This document shows, piece by piece, positions 10,907 to 21,786 of a stretch of DNA of 64,000 nt. The notes beneath the pieces are model-generated. The model saw nothing but the letters and a program-made list of their open reading frames with translations, did no database searches and had not been told where the DNA came from. Source of the DNA: Gammaproteobacteria bacterium. GTDB lineage: Bacteria; Bacteroidota; Bacteroidia; Flavobacteriales_D; JABDKJ01. The stretch's first letter is position 1. Each line of letters begins with the position of its first letter. The stretch is from NCBI GenBank assembly GCA_047638815.1, contig JBLIMR010000003.1:16988-80987 (forward strand). The letters are read 5' to 3'. The position numbers and the translations under genes are program-made.

Positions 10907-12862
10907 TTAATTGGGAACATAGTCCCAACTTAACACTCTAAATACGGTTCGTCTATTTTTTTGATGTCCCGCCTCTTTTTCTTCAGTGGTTGACATTTTT
11001 CGGATCGCAGCATCTGAAACCTTCAATTTCGTTTCACCATAACCACGTGATTTCATTCTTGCTGATGGAATCCCTTTTGAGATCAAATAATCAACACATG
11101 ACTGGGCTCTATTGTCAGACAACTTTTGGTTAGTGTTGTTCTGGCCTCTAGAATCAGTATGGGCAGCAAGCTCAATGATAATTGTTGGATTATCAACCAA
11201 TGTGGTTAATAAGAAGTTAAGTGAATCTTTTGATGCTGGTTTCAAAGCAGCACTTCCAAGGTCATATTGAACTTCAGGAAAATTAATCTCATCCACCTTG
11301 GTACTCTGCAAGAAGTATTCTTTTACAAATGTGGTAGACTCTTCCATTCCAACAGTACTTATGTTATCCTTTGCCACAAGATAATCCACCAATCCAACTT
11401 CTATGGTATAATTCACATCCGGGTTGATGTATCTTTCATCACCATTGTCTGCAAAGTTGAAAGCTCCGTTTCCATCTGCATTAGCTTGAAAAGAAGATCC
11501 GTCAGAACCAACTACTTTTATATAAGCTCCTTCTAGAGGGAATTGCTCTTGTTTATCATAAACATAACCGCTAAACGCGAATACCTTTTTTGGCAATGTA
11601 AAGGAATAGATGTCATCCATTCCTTTTCCTCCTTGTCTATCAGAAGAGAAAAATCCTTTTTCATCGTCTCCATCAAAGATTATTGAAAAATCATTTCCAT
11701 TTGTATTAATAGGGTATCCCATGTTGGTAGCATCTCCCCATTCCATATCTCCTGTTTTAGAAGCTTCGAAAATATCAAGTCCACCCATATTTTCTCTTCC
11801 CATAGAAGAAAAATATAGCTTTCCATTATTTCTTAAGTGCGGGAATAATTCATCTTTAGTCGTGTTAACACCAGGCCCAAGGTTTTTTGGTGTACCCCAG
11901 GTTCCTCCTTCATTAACGGTAATAAAAATATCTTTACCCCCCATTGTCCCTGGAAGATCAGATGCAAAAACCATATATTTACCATCTGCAGAAATTGATG
12001 GATGACCGATAGTTATTTTTTCCTGGTCATCGCCTTTGAAAGGAACTATTTGAGCTGCTCCCCATTTATCACCAGTCTTGGCTACCATATATATGTCACA
12101 TCCATCATCCTCTTCTCTTGGACATCTTGTAAAGTACATTACTTGGCCTTCTTGCGCTAGACAAGATCCCCCCTCATGATTAGGCGTATTAACCGTGGTA
12201 CCTAATCTCACTGGCTCACTCCATTTTCCTTTTTGATCTCTTGTTGCCATGAACAAATCTTCGAAGCTTTCGCCTGTTCTTTTAAATTCTTCTAATCCTG
12301 TTGCCCCTTGTCTTGAAGAAGAAAATATAATCTCTTCCCCATTTCCCACACTCAATAACGGTGCGAAATCATAAAACTCTGTATTTAGCATCATTTCAGG
12401 CGTAACTTCGTACGCTGAAGGTGCCTTTCCTGATGAAATAGCATATTCACAGGAAGTCTTTGCCTTCTTCGCCAACGAAGGATCACCTCCTTTATCGATA
12501 TAAGTATCGAAAGATTCTTGCGCTTCCTTATATCTTCCTTGTCCTTGTAGCGATTTACCAAGGTAATAGTGCGACATAATATCTTTATGTTGCCCTTTTA
12601 TTGCTCTCAAATACCATGTTTCAGCTTGAGCATGATTGTGAAGCATTCTATAAGACTCCCCAACCATATAGATTAACCTTGCCTTTTCATCGGCATTCTT
12701 CTCTAATGCGTATGCTTTTTTGTAAAAATCAATTGCAGTGTAGTACCCTTCATTTTTAAAGTAGTGCTCACCCTTTTCCTTAGGTGTTACGGGGTCTTGG
12801 GCATTCATTTGAATGGCTCCAAGAACAAATAATCCAAATAAAATATGCTTGATCATCTTCAT
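10907..12862 (-). CDS. OmpA-family peptidoglycan-binding protein (TPR + PD40 + OmpA C-terminal domain; PorE-like architecture)
   Basis: Signal peptide, N-terminal TPRs, PD40 repeats (FASDLPGTMGGKDI, FSSDRQGGKGMDDIY) and OmpA motif AHTDSRG...NQKLSDNRA...NRRT. Confidence 0.9.
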   Translation of the reverse strand: MKMIKHILFGLFVLGAIQMNAQDPVTPKEKGEHYFKNEGYYTAIDFYKKAYALEKNADEKARLIYMVGESYRMLHNHAQAETWYLRAIKGQHKDIMSHYYLGKSLQGQGRYKEAQESFDTYIDKGGDPSLAKKAKTSCEYAISSGKAPSAYEVTPEMMLNTEFYDFAPLLSVGNGEEIIFSSSRQGATGLEEFKRTGESFEDLFMATRDQKGKWSEPVRLGTTVNTPNHEGGSCLAQEGQVMYFTRCPREEDDGCDIYMVAKTGDKWGAAQIVPFKGDDQEKITIGHPSISADGKYMVFASDLPGTMGGKDIFITVNEGGTWGTPKNLGPGVNTTKDELFPHLRNNGKLYFSSMGRENMGGLDIFEASKTGDMEWGDATNMGYPINTNGNDFSIIFDGDDEKGFFSSDRQGGKGMDDIYSFTLPKKVFAFSGYVYDKQEQFPLEGAYIKVVGSDGSSFQANADGNGAFNFADNGDERYINPDVNYTIEVGLVDYLVAKDNISTVGMEESTTFVKEYFLQSTKVDEINFPEVQYDLGSAALKPASKDSLNFLLTTLVDNPTIIIELAAHTDSRGQNNTNQKLSDNRAQSCVDYLISKGIPSARMKSRGYGETKLKVSDAAIRKMSTTEEKEAGHQKNRRTVFRVLSWDYVPN

Positions 12863-12975
12863 TTTCTGTCTATTAGATTTTTCAGTTGGCTAATTTAATT
12901 AATTTTTCTTTCCCTCGTTATTTGTGCATTAATATTACTGCACATTATCGTCTTCCTAGTTTTTCACCTAAAAGT

Positions 12976-14745
12976 CTACTCCCTAATTAGATCGTAGCTA
13001 TCGTACCTCAGGATAAACTTATAATTGTTTTCCCAACCGCCATTTGACATTCTGTTAAAATCGAATCCCGTAAGCAAACCGTCAGTAGGCAGTTGATCCA
13101 GGTGTTTTAAAAATACCTTGCCAAAATTATATATCCCGTTGAGATAAAACTGAGTAATATCATAAGCAAGTATTCCGTAGCCATCAGAAACCGGAATCGT
13201 ATTGTAATTTGAGTAGAAATTTTTTAAAAACTCTGTCGTTTCTTCACTTTCATAATTGAAATATTTCGAAGTGCTAATTCTCAGATTCCACTTATTTTTT
13301 TGATCTGCAGAGATATTATCAAACTTTAACCACGGTTCAATTCCGTATAATTCAACTTTAAAATCTTCAATTACCTCATCGCTCAAACGCGTAAAAAAGT
13401 CACTCACAAAAGGTTTATCCGCACTGGGGACAACCACGAGATTGTCTATTTCCATTTGCAATTGATCCACCAAAGCTTGCTGATCATACTTGGACAACTC
13501 GACCACCGTAGGAGACACACCATTATTAAGTGTTCTATATGATTTCAGGAATGCCTTTAACAATTTCTCATCTTTTGGCAACTGACTATCGATGACGATA
13601 ATTTGACTCTGATGTGATCTGGCGTGGGTTACTTTTGCAAGGTGAGCAGCGTGAGATTCGTTTGAAGACTGAACTTTACTGCAATTTGGATTATTTTGTA
13701 TAACTCCTACAGACTTTGTAAGGGGCGACACTATATGAATGCCTTTGGACTTCAAAGCCTTACTTACTCTAGCAAATGAACTTCCATGCAAAGGTCCAAT
13801 AATAACATCCAATTTATCGATTTCTTTTTTTAGTAAAAACTTTTTTATCCCGGACTCTTCCTTGGTGATATCATAGACAAAGAGATTAACATCCATTTCT
13901 TCTTGATTTTCAACAGCCAATTGAACACCTCTATAGAATTCCATCGCTATATCAGTCATTTTATAACTGTTGCCACCAGCACTCGGCACAGAAGTAGTAT
14001 CAATAAGACTAAAAGAAAAAGGCAATAGAAGCCCGATGTTGACTTGCTCAACTGCTTCACCTGTGATTTCGATAGATGTATTGTCTATTTCTTCAACAAC
14101 ACTATTCTTTGGAATACGAATTATAGATCCAACTTTCAATCCCTCATCTAATCCTTCATTGGCTTTCCTAAGTTCATCAGGACTAATACCGTGTTGCTTG
14201 GAAATGCCGTATATGGTTTCCTGCGTTATCACAAGATGTTGATTATTGGTCAACTCCTTTGCTGGCTCCAAGACGACCTCATTCTGGCCATCCACCATAT
14301 CTACTGGAATAAAGATGATATCCCCTTTTACAATACCTGATTCTGCTCCCGGATTTCGAGCAATAAGTTCATTGATGTCGACATTATACAACTTACTTAT
14401 AGAGTAGAGTGTCTCTTTTTTTCTAACCTTATGGGCCAAACCTTCTCCTTTATGAACCGGAGCTGATTTTAAATCCTTCGCCTTAACTTCTGAAAAAGGT
14501 ATAAGTACGGTCTCACCAATAGTTAATCCATCCGCTGCACTAGGATTATTTTCATAGAGCACATTCAAATCCACGGCATATTGCTTGGAAACCCCATATA
14601 AAGTGTGACCTTTCTCAACTATATGAACGTAATATGTTCTACCCCCAACTACTTTTTTCTCCTGGGCAGTCAATGAACTTGTAAGGAACAGTAATCCACA
14701 AAGTAAAAAGTATGGCAGGAAAATTCCTCTTATTTTAATTCTCAT
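12976..14745 (-). CDS. LysM peptidoglycan-binding protein with C-terminal periplasmic-binding-like domain
   Basis: Three LysM repeats (HIVEKGHTLYGVSK, HKVRKKETLYSISK, HLVITQETIYGISK), then IGLLLPF...FYRG...DVIIGP. Start could be 14772 or 14745. Confidence 0.88.
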   Translation of the reverse strand: MRIKIRGIFLPYFLLCGLLFLTSSLTAQEKKVVGGRTYYVHIVEKGHTLYGVSKQYAVDLNVLYENNPSAADGLTIGETVLIPFSEVKAKDLKSAPVHKGEGLAHKVRKKETLYSISKLYNVDINELIARNPGAESGIVKGDIIFIPVDMVDGQNEVVLEPAKELTNNQHLVITQETIYGISKQHGISPDELRKANEGLDEGLKVGSIIRIPKNSVVEEIDNTSIEITGEAVEQVNIGLLLPFSFSLIDTTSVPSAGGNSYKMTDIAMEFYRGVQLAVENQEEMDVNLFVYDITKEESGIKKFLLKKEIDKLDVIIGPLHGSSFARVSKALKSKGIHIVSPLTKSVGVIQNNPNCSKVQSSNESHAAHLAKVTHARSHQSQIIVIDSQLPKDEKLLKAFLKSYRTLNNGVSPTVVELSKYDQQALVDQLQMEIDNLVVVPSADKPFVSDFFTRLSDEVIEDFKVELYGIEPWLKFDNISADQKNKWNLRISTSKYFNYESEETTEFLKNFYSNYNTIPVSDGYGILAYDITQFYLNGIYNFGKVFLKHLDQLPTDGLLTGFDFNRMSNGGWENNYKFILRYDSYDLIRE

Positions 14746-14762
14746 ATTAATAGGCAGCATAT

Positions 14763-16289
14763 TTATTCCCACTCAATTGTTGCTGGCGGCTTTGAGCTGA
14801 TATCATATACCACCCTATTAACCCCCTTAACCTTATTAATAATGGCATTGGAAATTTCTGCAAGCACATCATATGGCATATGAAACCAATCAGCGGTCAT
14901 ACCATCAGTAGAGGTTACGGCTCTCAAAGCAACAGCTTTTTCATAGGTTCTTTCATCTCCCATAACTCCAACAGACTGTACAGGCAAAAGTATTGACCCA
15001 GCCTGCCAAATATCGTTATATAAACCTTTTTCTTTCAACGTGTTAATGTAAATATAATCAACCTCTTGCAAAACGCGTACCTTTTCTGCTGTTATATCAC
15101 CCAATATCCTTATTCCTAAGCCTGGCCCTGGAAACGGGTGCCTTTGTAGAATCTCTTTTTTCAATCCCAAAACTGCTCCAACTTCTCTCACTTCATCCTT
15201 AAACAAAGCTTTAAGGGGCTCAATTACTTTGAGTTTCATATAGTCAGGCAGGCCGCCCACATTATGATGCGATTTGATTGTTGCAGAGGGCCCTTTAACG
15301 GATACTGATTCTATTATATCTGGGTATATTGTGCCTTGAGCTAACCACTTTACATCATCTAATTTTTCACAGGCTTGGTCAAAAACATCAATGAACGTTT
15401 TACCTATAGCCTTTCTTTTTTCCTCTGGATCTGATAAATTTTCTAACGCTTTGTAAAATTTATCTTTAGCCTCTACCCCTTGAACATTAAGCCCCATGTC
15501 CTTATAGCTTTCAAGAACCTCGGTAAATTCGTTTTTACGCAATAGACCATTGTCTACGAATACACAAGTTAGATTTGCGCCAATGGCCTTATGCAAAAGC
15601 ATAGCGGCAACTGATGAATCCACACCACCTGATAGACCCAAAAGGACTTTATCATCACCTACTGTATTTTTTATTTCATCTACTGCTGTCTGAACATAGG
15701 AATCTGGCGTCCAATTTGCTTCAAGATTACAAATCTCAAACAAAAAATTCCCCAGCATAACCTTTCCATGTTCCGAATGATAAACCTCAGGATGAAATTG
15801 AATACCATAAACATCCTTTCCCTTCACTTGATAACCGGCAACACGAACATCTTTTGTACTTGCAATTATGTTAAAGTTTTCGGCAACTTCAGCTATGGAA
15901 TCTGCATGACTCATCCAAACTTGTGAGTTTCCGTCAACATCCTTCATCAGTGGATTATTATCATCAACAAATGAAAGATGCGCCCTGCCATATTCTCTTG
16001 TATTTGAAGGACGAACTTGTCCTCCCATCTGATTGGCGATTTGTTGTGCCCCAAAACACACCCCCAAAACTGGAACGTGTGAATAATTCTCTAATTCGAT
16101 GCTAGGCGCATCATCATCATGAACAGAAAACGGGCTTCCACTAAGAATTACCCCCTTCACATATGATAAATCTTTAGGTACATTATTATAGGGAACAATT
16201 TCACAATAAACATTGTGCTCCCTTATTCTCCTTGCTATTAACTGCGTGTATTGGCTACCAAAATCAAGGATTAAAATCATTTCTTGCAT
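14763..16289 (-). CDS. guaA: GMP synthase (glutamine-hydrolysing)
   Basis: [39 protein letters not shown] and KPPATIEWE. Confidence 0.98.
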   Translation of the reverse strand: MQEMILILDFGSQYTQLIARRIREHNVYCEIVPYNNVPKDLSYVKGVILSGSPFSVHDDDAPSIELENYSHVPVLGVCFGAQQIANQMGGQVRPSNTREYGRAHLSFVDDNNPLMKDVDGNSQVWMSHADSIAEVAENFNIIASTKDVRVAGYQVKGKDVYGIQFHPEVYHSEHGKVMLGNFLFEICNLEANWTPDSYVQTAVDEIKNTVGDDKVLLGLSGGVDSSVAAMLLHKAIGANLTCVFVDNGLLRKNEFTEVLESYKDMGLNVQGVEAKDKFYKALENLSDPEEKRKAIGKTFIDVFDQACEKLDDVKWLAQGTIYPDIIESVSVKGPSATIKSHHNVGGLPDYMKLKVIEPLKALFKDEVREVGAVLGLKKEILQRHPFPGPGLGIRILGDITAEKVRVLQEVDYIYINTLKEKGLYNDIWQAGSILLPVQSVGVMGDERTYEKAVALRAVTSTDGMTADWFHMPYDVLAEISNAIINKVKGVNRVVYDISSKPPATIEWE

Positions 16290-16294
16290 GCGTG

Positions 16295-16302
16295 CAAATA
16301 TA
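16295..16302 (-). promoter_or_regulatory. Bacteroidota primary-sigma -7 element for guaA
   Basis: TATATTTG on the minus strand, ending 5 nt before the ATG. Confidence 0.6.
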
Positions 16303-16509
16303 TATATTCATTCCATCTCCAAAACCCGAATAATGAACATTATAATATTTATTTCCAACAGGTAATCTTGCTCTTTTATTGTTTCAAAATAAGAAAATAA
16401 CTGTGCTCATTACACGTGCATTTTTAAAAAGCACAATGTTAATGGATACCCAAAATTGATTCTTTAGGTTCAATGCACGATTGTAGCTTTAATGCATCCA
16501 TTAGTACAT

Positions 16510-17616
16510 ATGAACATAGCTACGGCAATTCTTTTCTATTCCTTTGTTGCTTCAACTGCCATTCTAGTCTTTTACTATTTGTTTTTCTTTCTCAGGCTGA
16601 AAAAGAAAAGTCCAGTAGGACAAACAAACAACAGTGGCGGGATTTCAGTTATTATATCATCCAAAAATGATAGTGATAATCTAGAAAAGAACTTACCCTT
16701 TATCTTAGAGCAGAATTATGACAATTTTGAGGTAATAGTTGTCAATGATGGGGCGGACGAACAAACAGACCAAGTGCTTTTTGAGTTAAAACAGAATCAT
16801 CCTAATCTCCATGTCACACACATCACGGATTCTCAGAAAACATATTCCGGAAAAAAGCTTCCATTAACCTTGGGGATTAAGAAGGCAGCAAATACACAAT
16901 TGATACTTACCGATGCTGATTGTTGTCCAAAATCAAAAAATTGGTTGCGATCAATCTCAGACCACTTTAACAAGGACATTGTTATCGGCTATAGTCCATA
17001 CACCAAAGAAAAAGGATTGCTTAATATGCTCATACGTTATGATGCGACTCAGATTGGGCAGCAATATCTGTCCTTTGCTATGGCAGGATTCCCGTACATG
17101 GGTGTTGGCAGAAATTTAGGATACAACAAAGATTTCTTCTTTAAAGTCGGAGGCTTTAGAAACCAATATCATATTCCTGCTGGAGACGATGATCTATTTG
17201 TGAATAAATTTATCACAAAAAACAATTTCTCTGTCGTCACTATAGAGGATTCATTTATGTACTCTGAACCCAGCAAAAACTGGCGTATGTGGTGGAAACA
17301 AAAAAGGAGACACCTTTCTACGGCCAATAACTATAAACTGGAGACTAAAATGCTACTGGGATTCTACCATTTGTCTCAGATCACATTCTATTTGAGCCTT
17401 ATCTTGTTGCTGGTCAATCGCATTGCCCTTCCAATTGTCCTTGGCATCTATTTCGGAAAAACCATCATTCAATTGTTAATTTCTTCTAGTGGCTTCAAAA
17501 AACTTAAGGGATCAGACTTGTTAGCTTTGAGTCCTATATATGAACCTTTGTTGCTCTTGATGAGCATTCTTGTTACATTTTCACTCAGGTTTTCAAATAA
17601 AATTAAATGGAGATAA
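16510..17616 (+). CDS. Membrane-bound glycosyltransferase family 2
   Basis: ISVII...VIVVND, GKK, LTDADC, GDDDL and QKRRH motifs with flanking TM helices. Start 16492 or 16510. Confidence 0.9.
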   Translation: MNIATAILFYSFVASTAILVFYYLFFFLRLKKKSPVGQTNNSGGISVIISSKNDSDNLEKNLPFILEQNYDNFEVIVVNDGADEQTDQVLFELKQNHPNLHVTHITDSQKTYSGKKLPLTLGIKKAANTQLILTDADCCPKSKNWLRSISDHFNKDIVIGYSPYTKEKGLLNMLIRYDATQIGQQYLSFAMAGFPYMGVGRNLGYNKDFFFKVGGFRNQYHIPAGDDDLFVNKFITKNNFSVVTIEDSFMYSEPSKNWRMWWKQKRRHLSTANNYKLETKMLLGFYHLSQITFYLSLILLLVNRIALPIVLGIYFGKTIIQLLISSSGFKKLKGSDLLALSPIYEPLLLLMSILVTFSLRFSNKIKWR

Positions 17617-18215
17617 GTAAAAATCTTTCGGATAAGGCACGTCAGGACTACAAACTGGTTAGGCAGGCCCTCGATGAAAAGAGCCAAACAGCATACGCAA
17701 AATTGATGGAACGGTACCGAGATTCCATATATTTTATGCTTTTGAAAATGGTCAACAATGACGATGATGCGGATGATCTAACGATCGAAGCATTTGGCAA
17801 GGCCTTCAAACGTTTGGAACAGTATACTCCAACATATGCCTTCAGTACTTGGCTGTTTAAGATTGCCTCTAACAACTGTATTGATTTTTTAAGGAAAAAG
17901 AAGAAAACCTTACTTTCCATTGATGCAGAATTTGAGAATTCTGATGGTGATAAGAGCAGCTTTGAATTAGAGGCTGACGACAAGACACCTGATGAAATGT
18001 ACATGCAGAAGCAACGTGTACAACATATGCGTGAAATTGTGACTAAACTAAAGCCTCGATATAGAGAACTCATAGAGCTTCGTTATTTCAAGGAGTTATC
18101 GTACGAAGAAATTTCTCAAGAACTTCAAATTCCACTGGGAACGGTTAAAGCACAACTATTTAGAGCGCGTTCATTTCTATCAGATATGATGGCCAGCTCT
18201 AAGGATATGATCTAA
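17607..18215 (+). CDS. ECF-type RNA polymerase sigma-70 factor
   Basis: Region 2 DADDLTIEAFGKAF...FSTWLFKIASNNCIDF and region 4 LSYEEI...PLGTVKAQLFRAR. Confidence 0.92.
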   Translation: MEISKNLSDKARQDYKLVRQALDEKSQTAYAKLMERYRDSIYFMLLKMVNNDDDADDLTIEAFGKAFKRLEQYTPTYAFSTWLFKIASNNCIDFLRKKKKTLLSIDAEFENSDGDKSSFELEADDKTPDEMYMQKQRVQHMREIVTKLKPRYRELIELRYFKELSYEEISQELQIPLGTVKAQLFRARSFLSDMMASSKDMI

Positions 18216-18280
18216 GTATATAAGCCCAAATCATATTGAATTGCACATGCAATTCATTTCTGAAGCCAATACCACTCTTT

Positions 18281-18907
18281 ATGCAAAACGTGACCATAGA
18301 CATCATTCTTAAATACTTCACGAAACTTACTGAGGATCAAATTCGTCAGTTGTCAGCACTCTACGGCATTTTTGAGGAATGGAATAACCAGATCAATGTC
18401 ATCTCTCGTAAAGATTTCGAATTCTTCTACCTCAAACACGTTCTGCATTCCCTAGGTATAGCTAAATACCATGCTTTTGAGGATGGCATGAATGTTTTAG
18501 ACATTGGTTCGGGGGGTGGCCTGCCAGGTATTCCTCTAGCCATTTTGTTTCCGAAAGTGAATTTCACTTTACTTGATTCTATCAAGAAGAAAATGACGGT
18601 TGCGCGTGAGGTTTCTGACCATATTGGATTAAAAAACACTAAAATAGTTATAGATCGATCCGAAAGCTTTAAGGAACGACATAATATAATAGTGAGTCGA
18701 GCAGTCACACAATTACCAAAATTTGTCGCCCAAAGCAAACATTTACTTGATTGGCAAGATCCGAAATCATGTATTTTATACTTGAAAGGAGGTGATTTTC
18801 AAGAAGAACTGAGTCAATTGAGATATAAATACAATGTCGTGAATTTGACGGAATACTTTGAGGAGGAGTTCTTTGAGACTAAAAAAATAGTGAAGATCTA
18901 TCGCTAA
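18281..18907 (+). CDS. rsmG: 16S rRNA m7G527 methyltransferase
   Basis: WNNQINVISRKD, HVLHSL, DIGSGGGLPGIPL, SRAV and LYLKGG. ATG 18281 preferred over TTG 18236. Confidence 0.94.
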   Translation: MQNVTIDIILKYFTKLTEDQIRQLSALYGIFEEWNNQINVISRKDFEFFYLKHVLHSLGIAKYHAFEDGMNVLDIGSGGGLPGIPLAILFPKVNFTLLDSIKKKMTVAREVSDHIGLKNTKIVIDRSESFKERHNIIVSRAVTQLPKFVAQSKHLLDWQDPKSCILYLKGGDFQEELSQLRYKYNVVNLTEYFEEEFFETKKIVKIYR

Positions 18908-18981
18908 ATTCGTAAGTTTGTCGGGCTTTGCGAAATAGAATTAAAAAAATACAATTTATTTGTCGCTTTTTAATTTTTATC

Positions 18982-18989
18982 TAACTTTG
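18982..18989 (+). promoter_or_regulatory. Primary-sigma -7 element for rpmH
   Basis: TAACTTTG with TTTG about 20 nt upstream (Bacteroidota -33/-7 layout). Confidence 0.65.
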
Positions 18990-19030
18990 CACTCCTTTTG
19001 AAAAAGGACATCAGACAAAATTAAGACGCC

Positions 19031-19192
19031 ATGAGTAAAAGAACATTTCAGCCATCAAATAGAAAAAGAAGAAACAAGCACGGTTTCAGAGAAAGAATGA
19101 GTTCTGCTGACGGTAGAAAAGTGCTTAGTGCACGAAGAAGAAAAGGTAGAAAAAGAGTTAGTGTTTCTAGTGTAAAGCTACACAAGCGTTAA
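19031..19192 (+). CDS. rpmH: 50S ribosomal protein L34
   Basis: Below the ORF-track cutoff. Translates as [53 protein letters not shown]. Confidence 0.97.
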   Translation: MSKRTFQPSNRKRRNKHGFRERMSSADGRKVLSARRRKGRKRVSVSSVKLHKR

Positions 19193-19212
19193 TACCTAAA
19201 GATATTTAAATG

Positions 19213-19250
19213 AAAGCCTCATTCCGATTCATCGGGATGAGGCTTTTTTT
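19213..19250. terminator. Terminator between convergent rpmH and acs
   Basis: AAAGCCTCATTCCGAT-tc-ATCGGGATGAGGCTTT followed by a T-run. Confidence 0.85.
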
Positions 19251-21141
19251 ATACCAATGCTTTATCAATAATAGATTGAACAATCTCTGGGTTGAGCAGT
19301 GTAGAGATGTCTCCAAGGTTGTCTTGCTCCTTTGAAGCGATCTTCCTTAGAATTCTTCGCATGATCTTTCCAGATCTGGTTTTCGGTAACCCAGACACAA
19401 ACTGAATTTTGTCCAATTTGGCGATAGGCCCAATACCCTCAGCTATAAGTTCATTAATCTGGCTTTGTAGCTCTGAGTCTCCAACATTACCATCATGTAA
19501 TATAACAAAGCCGTAAAGTGCATTTCCTTTCACATCATGAGGGAAACCGACAATGGCTGATTCAACAACAGCAACATGCTCATTGATAACGTTCTCTATA
19601 GGTGCAGTGCCAAGATTGTGGCCCGAGACAATAACCACATCATCTACACGACCAGTGATTCTATAATTGCCATCTTGATCTCTTAATGCTCCATCACCAG
19701 TGAAATACATTCCTTTAAAAGCTGAGAAATATGTCTTTTTATATCTCTCGTGATCTCCGTATATCGTTCGAGCTATTGATGGCCACGGGAACTTGATCGC
19801 CAATCGACCTTCAGCCCTAACTTCATTTATCACCTCACCATTATCATCCATCAAAACTGGTTGGATTCCAGGCATGGGTAAAGTGGCATAAGTAGGTTTT
19901 TGAGGAGTTTCTCCAGCTAATGAAGAAATTAGAATTCCACCCGTCTCAGTTTGCCACCAAGTGTCAACAATAGGGCAATTGCCCTTGCCGATATTTTCAT
20001 CATACCAATGCCAGGCTTCTTCATTGATTGGCTCTCCAACGGTTCCCAGGACCTTCAGAGACCCCAGTGAGTGTTTGTTTACCAATGAAATGTCAAATTT
20101 TTCCAAGGCACGTATAGCAGTCGGAGCGGTATAAAATTGATTGACCTCGTGCTTATCTACTATCTCCCAGAATCTTCCAGCGTCTGGATAGGTCGGTACT
20201 CCTTCGAACATAATTGTCGTTGCTCCACAGGCCAGCGGACCATAGATAATGTATGAGTGACCCGTAATCCATCCAATGTCCGCAGTACACCAATAAACAT
20301 CTTCTTGATTGTATTGGAAAACATTTTGGAAGGTATAGGCTGTATAAACCATATATCCACCGCATGTATGCACCATACCTTTCGGTTTTCCAGTGCTTCC
20401 TGAAGTATATAGAATAAAGAGTTCGTCCTCTGCATCCATAACCTCTGCAGGGCAATAGATGTTTGCATTTTTCATCTCATCATGCCACCAGACATCACGT
20501 CCTTCCTTCATTATTACATCACTATTTGTTCTTTTAACAACAATAGACTTTTCTATGGAGGGACAATCTATCAAGGCCTTATCTGCAATTTCTTTCAATG
20601 GGGTAATCTTCGTTCCTCGATATCCACCATCTGCAGTGATAAGTACTTTGCAAGAGGCGTCATTAATTCTGCTTGACAATGCGTTGGAGGAAAATCCTGC
20701 GAAAACCACAGAGTGTATTGCCCCAATTCTTGCACATGCCAATACCGCCACCGCCAATTCTGGAATCATTGGCATGTAGATACAAACTCTATCCCCTTTC
20801 TCAACATTATTGTTTTTTAATACATTGGCAAATTGACTTACATGAGAAAACAACTCTTGATATGATATATGCTTGGATTCTTCTTTTGGATTATTAGGCT
20901 CCCAAATTATGGCCGTTTTCAATCCATCTTTCTCAACATGACGATCAAGGCAATTCTCAGTAATATTTAATTTCGCCCCTTGAAACCATTTCACTTCTGC
21001 CTTATTAAAATCCCATGATAGGACATTATCCCACTTTTTGCGCCAAAGAAAATTCTCCGCAATTTCCGACCAAAATTTTTCTGGATCTTCCAAACTCTTT
21101 TTATACACTACTTCGTACTCTTCGTATGAATTAATTTTCAT
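19249..21141 (-). CDS. acs: Acetyl-CoA synthetase (AMP-forming)
   Basis: LYTSGSTGKPKG, WCTADIGWITGHSY, DTWWQTETGG and LPKTRSGKIMRR. Confidence 0.97.
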   Translation of the reverse strand: MKINSYEEYEVVYKKSLEDPEKFWSEIAENFLWRKKWDNVLSWDFNKAEVKWFQGAKLNITENCLDRHVEKDGLKTAIIWEPNNPKEESKHISYQELFSHVSQFANVLKNNNVEKGDRVCIYMPMIPELAVAVLACARIGAIHSVVFAGFSSNALSSRINDASCKVLITADGGYRGTKITPLKEIADKALIDCPSIEKSIVVKRTNSDVIMKEGRDVWWHDEMKNANIYCPAEVMDAEDELFILYTSGSTGKPKGMVHTCGGYMVYTAYTFQNVFQYNQEDVYWCTADIGWITGHSYIIYGPLACGATTIMFEGVPTYPDAGRFWEIVDKHEVNQFYTAPTAIRALEKFDISLVNKHSLGSLKVLGTVGEPINEEAWHWYDENIGKGNCPIVDTWWQTETGGILISSLAGETPQKPTYATLPMPGIQPVLMDDNGEVINEVRAEGRLAIKFPWPSIARTIYGDHERYKKTYFSAFKGMYFTGDGALRDQDGNYRITGRVDDVVIVSGHNLGTAPIENVINEHVAVVESAIVGFPHDVKGNALYGFVILHDGNVGDSELQSQINELIAEGIGPIAKLDKIQFVSGLPKTRSGKIMRRILRKIASKEQDNLGDISTLLNPEIVQSIIDKALV

Positions 21142-21254
21142 CTTGTTGCCATATTATTAGGTTATCACTCGGATAAATATAGAATTATTAAATTAAATCT
21201 TGGTCTGATATATATTCTTAAATTTGGATCCAAATTAAAAATCAACGATCAAAT

Positions 21255-21728
21255 ATGAAGAATACTATTATAACAATACTAGCAATTACGACCGTTTTAG
21301 GCCTTATCTCCTTCAGTCAAGCAGAGGATAAGCCACAAGCTGGAACAGAATTTAAAATAATAACAGCTGTCGAATCTATTGTTCCAATGGGACTTGGAAG
21401 ATCACGTATAATCGAAACTCTGGACGCTATGGATGTGGACATGGCTACAACAGTAAGAACGGACGGTAAAAAATCTAATCAAGGAAATGTTAAAAGGAAA
21501 GGCTTGAAAATCAATAATTTCAAAGAAACCAAAATGGTTAACTTTTATAGTGGTGTTGGAATCAACTTTCAGAATATTGCCTCTAATGATGCAATGATCG
21601 CTTCAAAACTAAATAAAATGGTAGCTGAAGGATGGGAACTTATGACAGTAATTGGTGGAGTTGAAAGTGATTCAGGACAGGGTGATGGAAAGGGAATATT
21701 TATTACGAGATATTATTTCAAGAGATAG
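21255..21728 (+). CDS. Secreted hypothetical protein
   Basis: Signal peptide; VESIVPMGLGRSR...GINFQNIASNDA...GIFITRY resembles a Flavobacteriales protein family of unknown function. Has its own -7 element (TAAATTTG) and terminator. Confidence 0.8.
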   Translation: MKNTIITILAITTVLGLISFSQAEDKPQAGTEFKIITAVESIVPMGLGRSRIIETLDAMDVDMATTVRTDGKKSNQGNVKRKGLKINNFKETKMVNFYSGVGINFQNIASNDAMIASKLNKMVAEGWELMTVIGGVESDSGQGDGKGIFITRYYFKR

Positions 21729-21753
21729 TATTCGCTAAAACTAACATTTTCGT

Positions 21754-21786
21754 AAGACCGGCTGAGTAAACTCAGTCGGTCTTTTT
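21754..21786. terminator. Terminator between convergent genes
   Basis: AAGACCGGCTGAGT-aa-ACTCAGTCGGTCTT followed by Ts. Confidence 0.8.

Noticed and set aside
10907-12862. Calling the OmpA-family gene porE
   Set aside because: The architecture matches, but there is no lipobox Cys and such genes have many paralogues, so the symbol is withheld.
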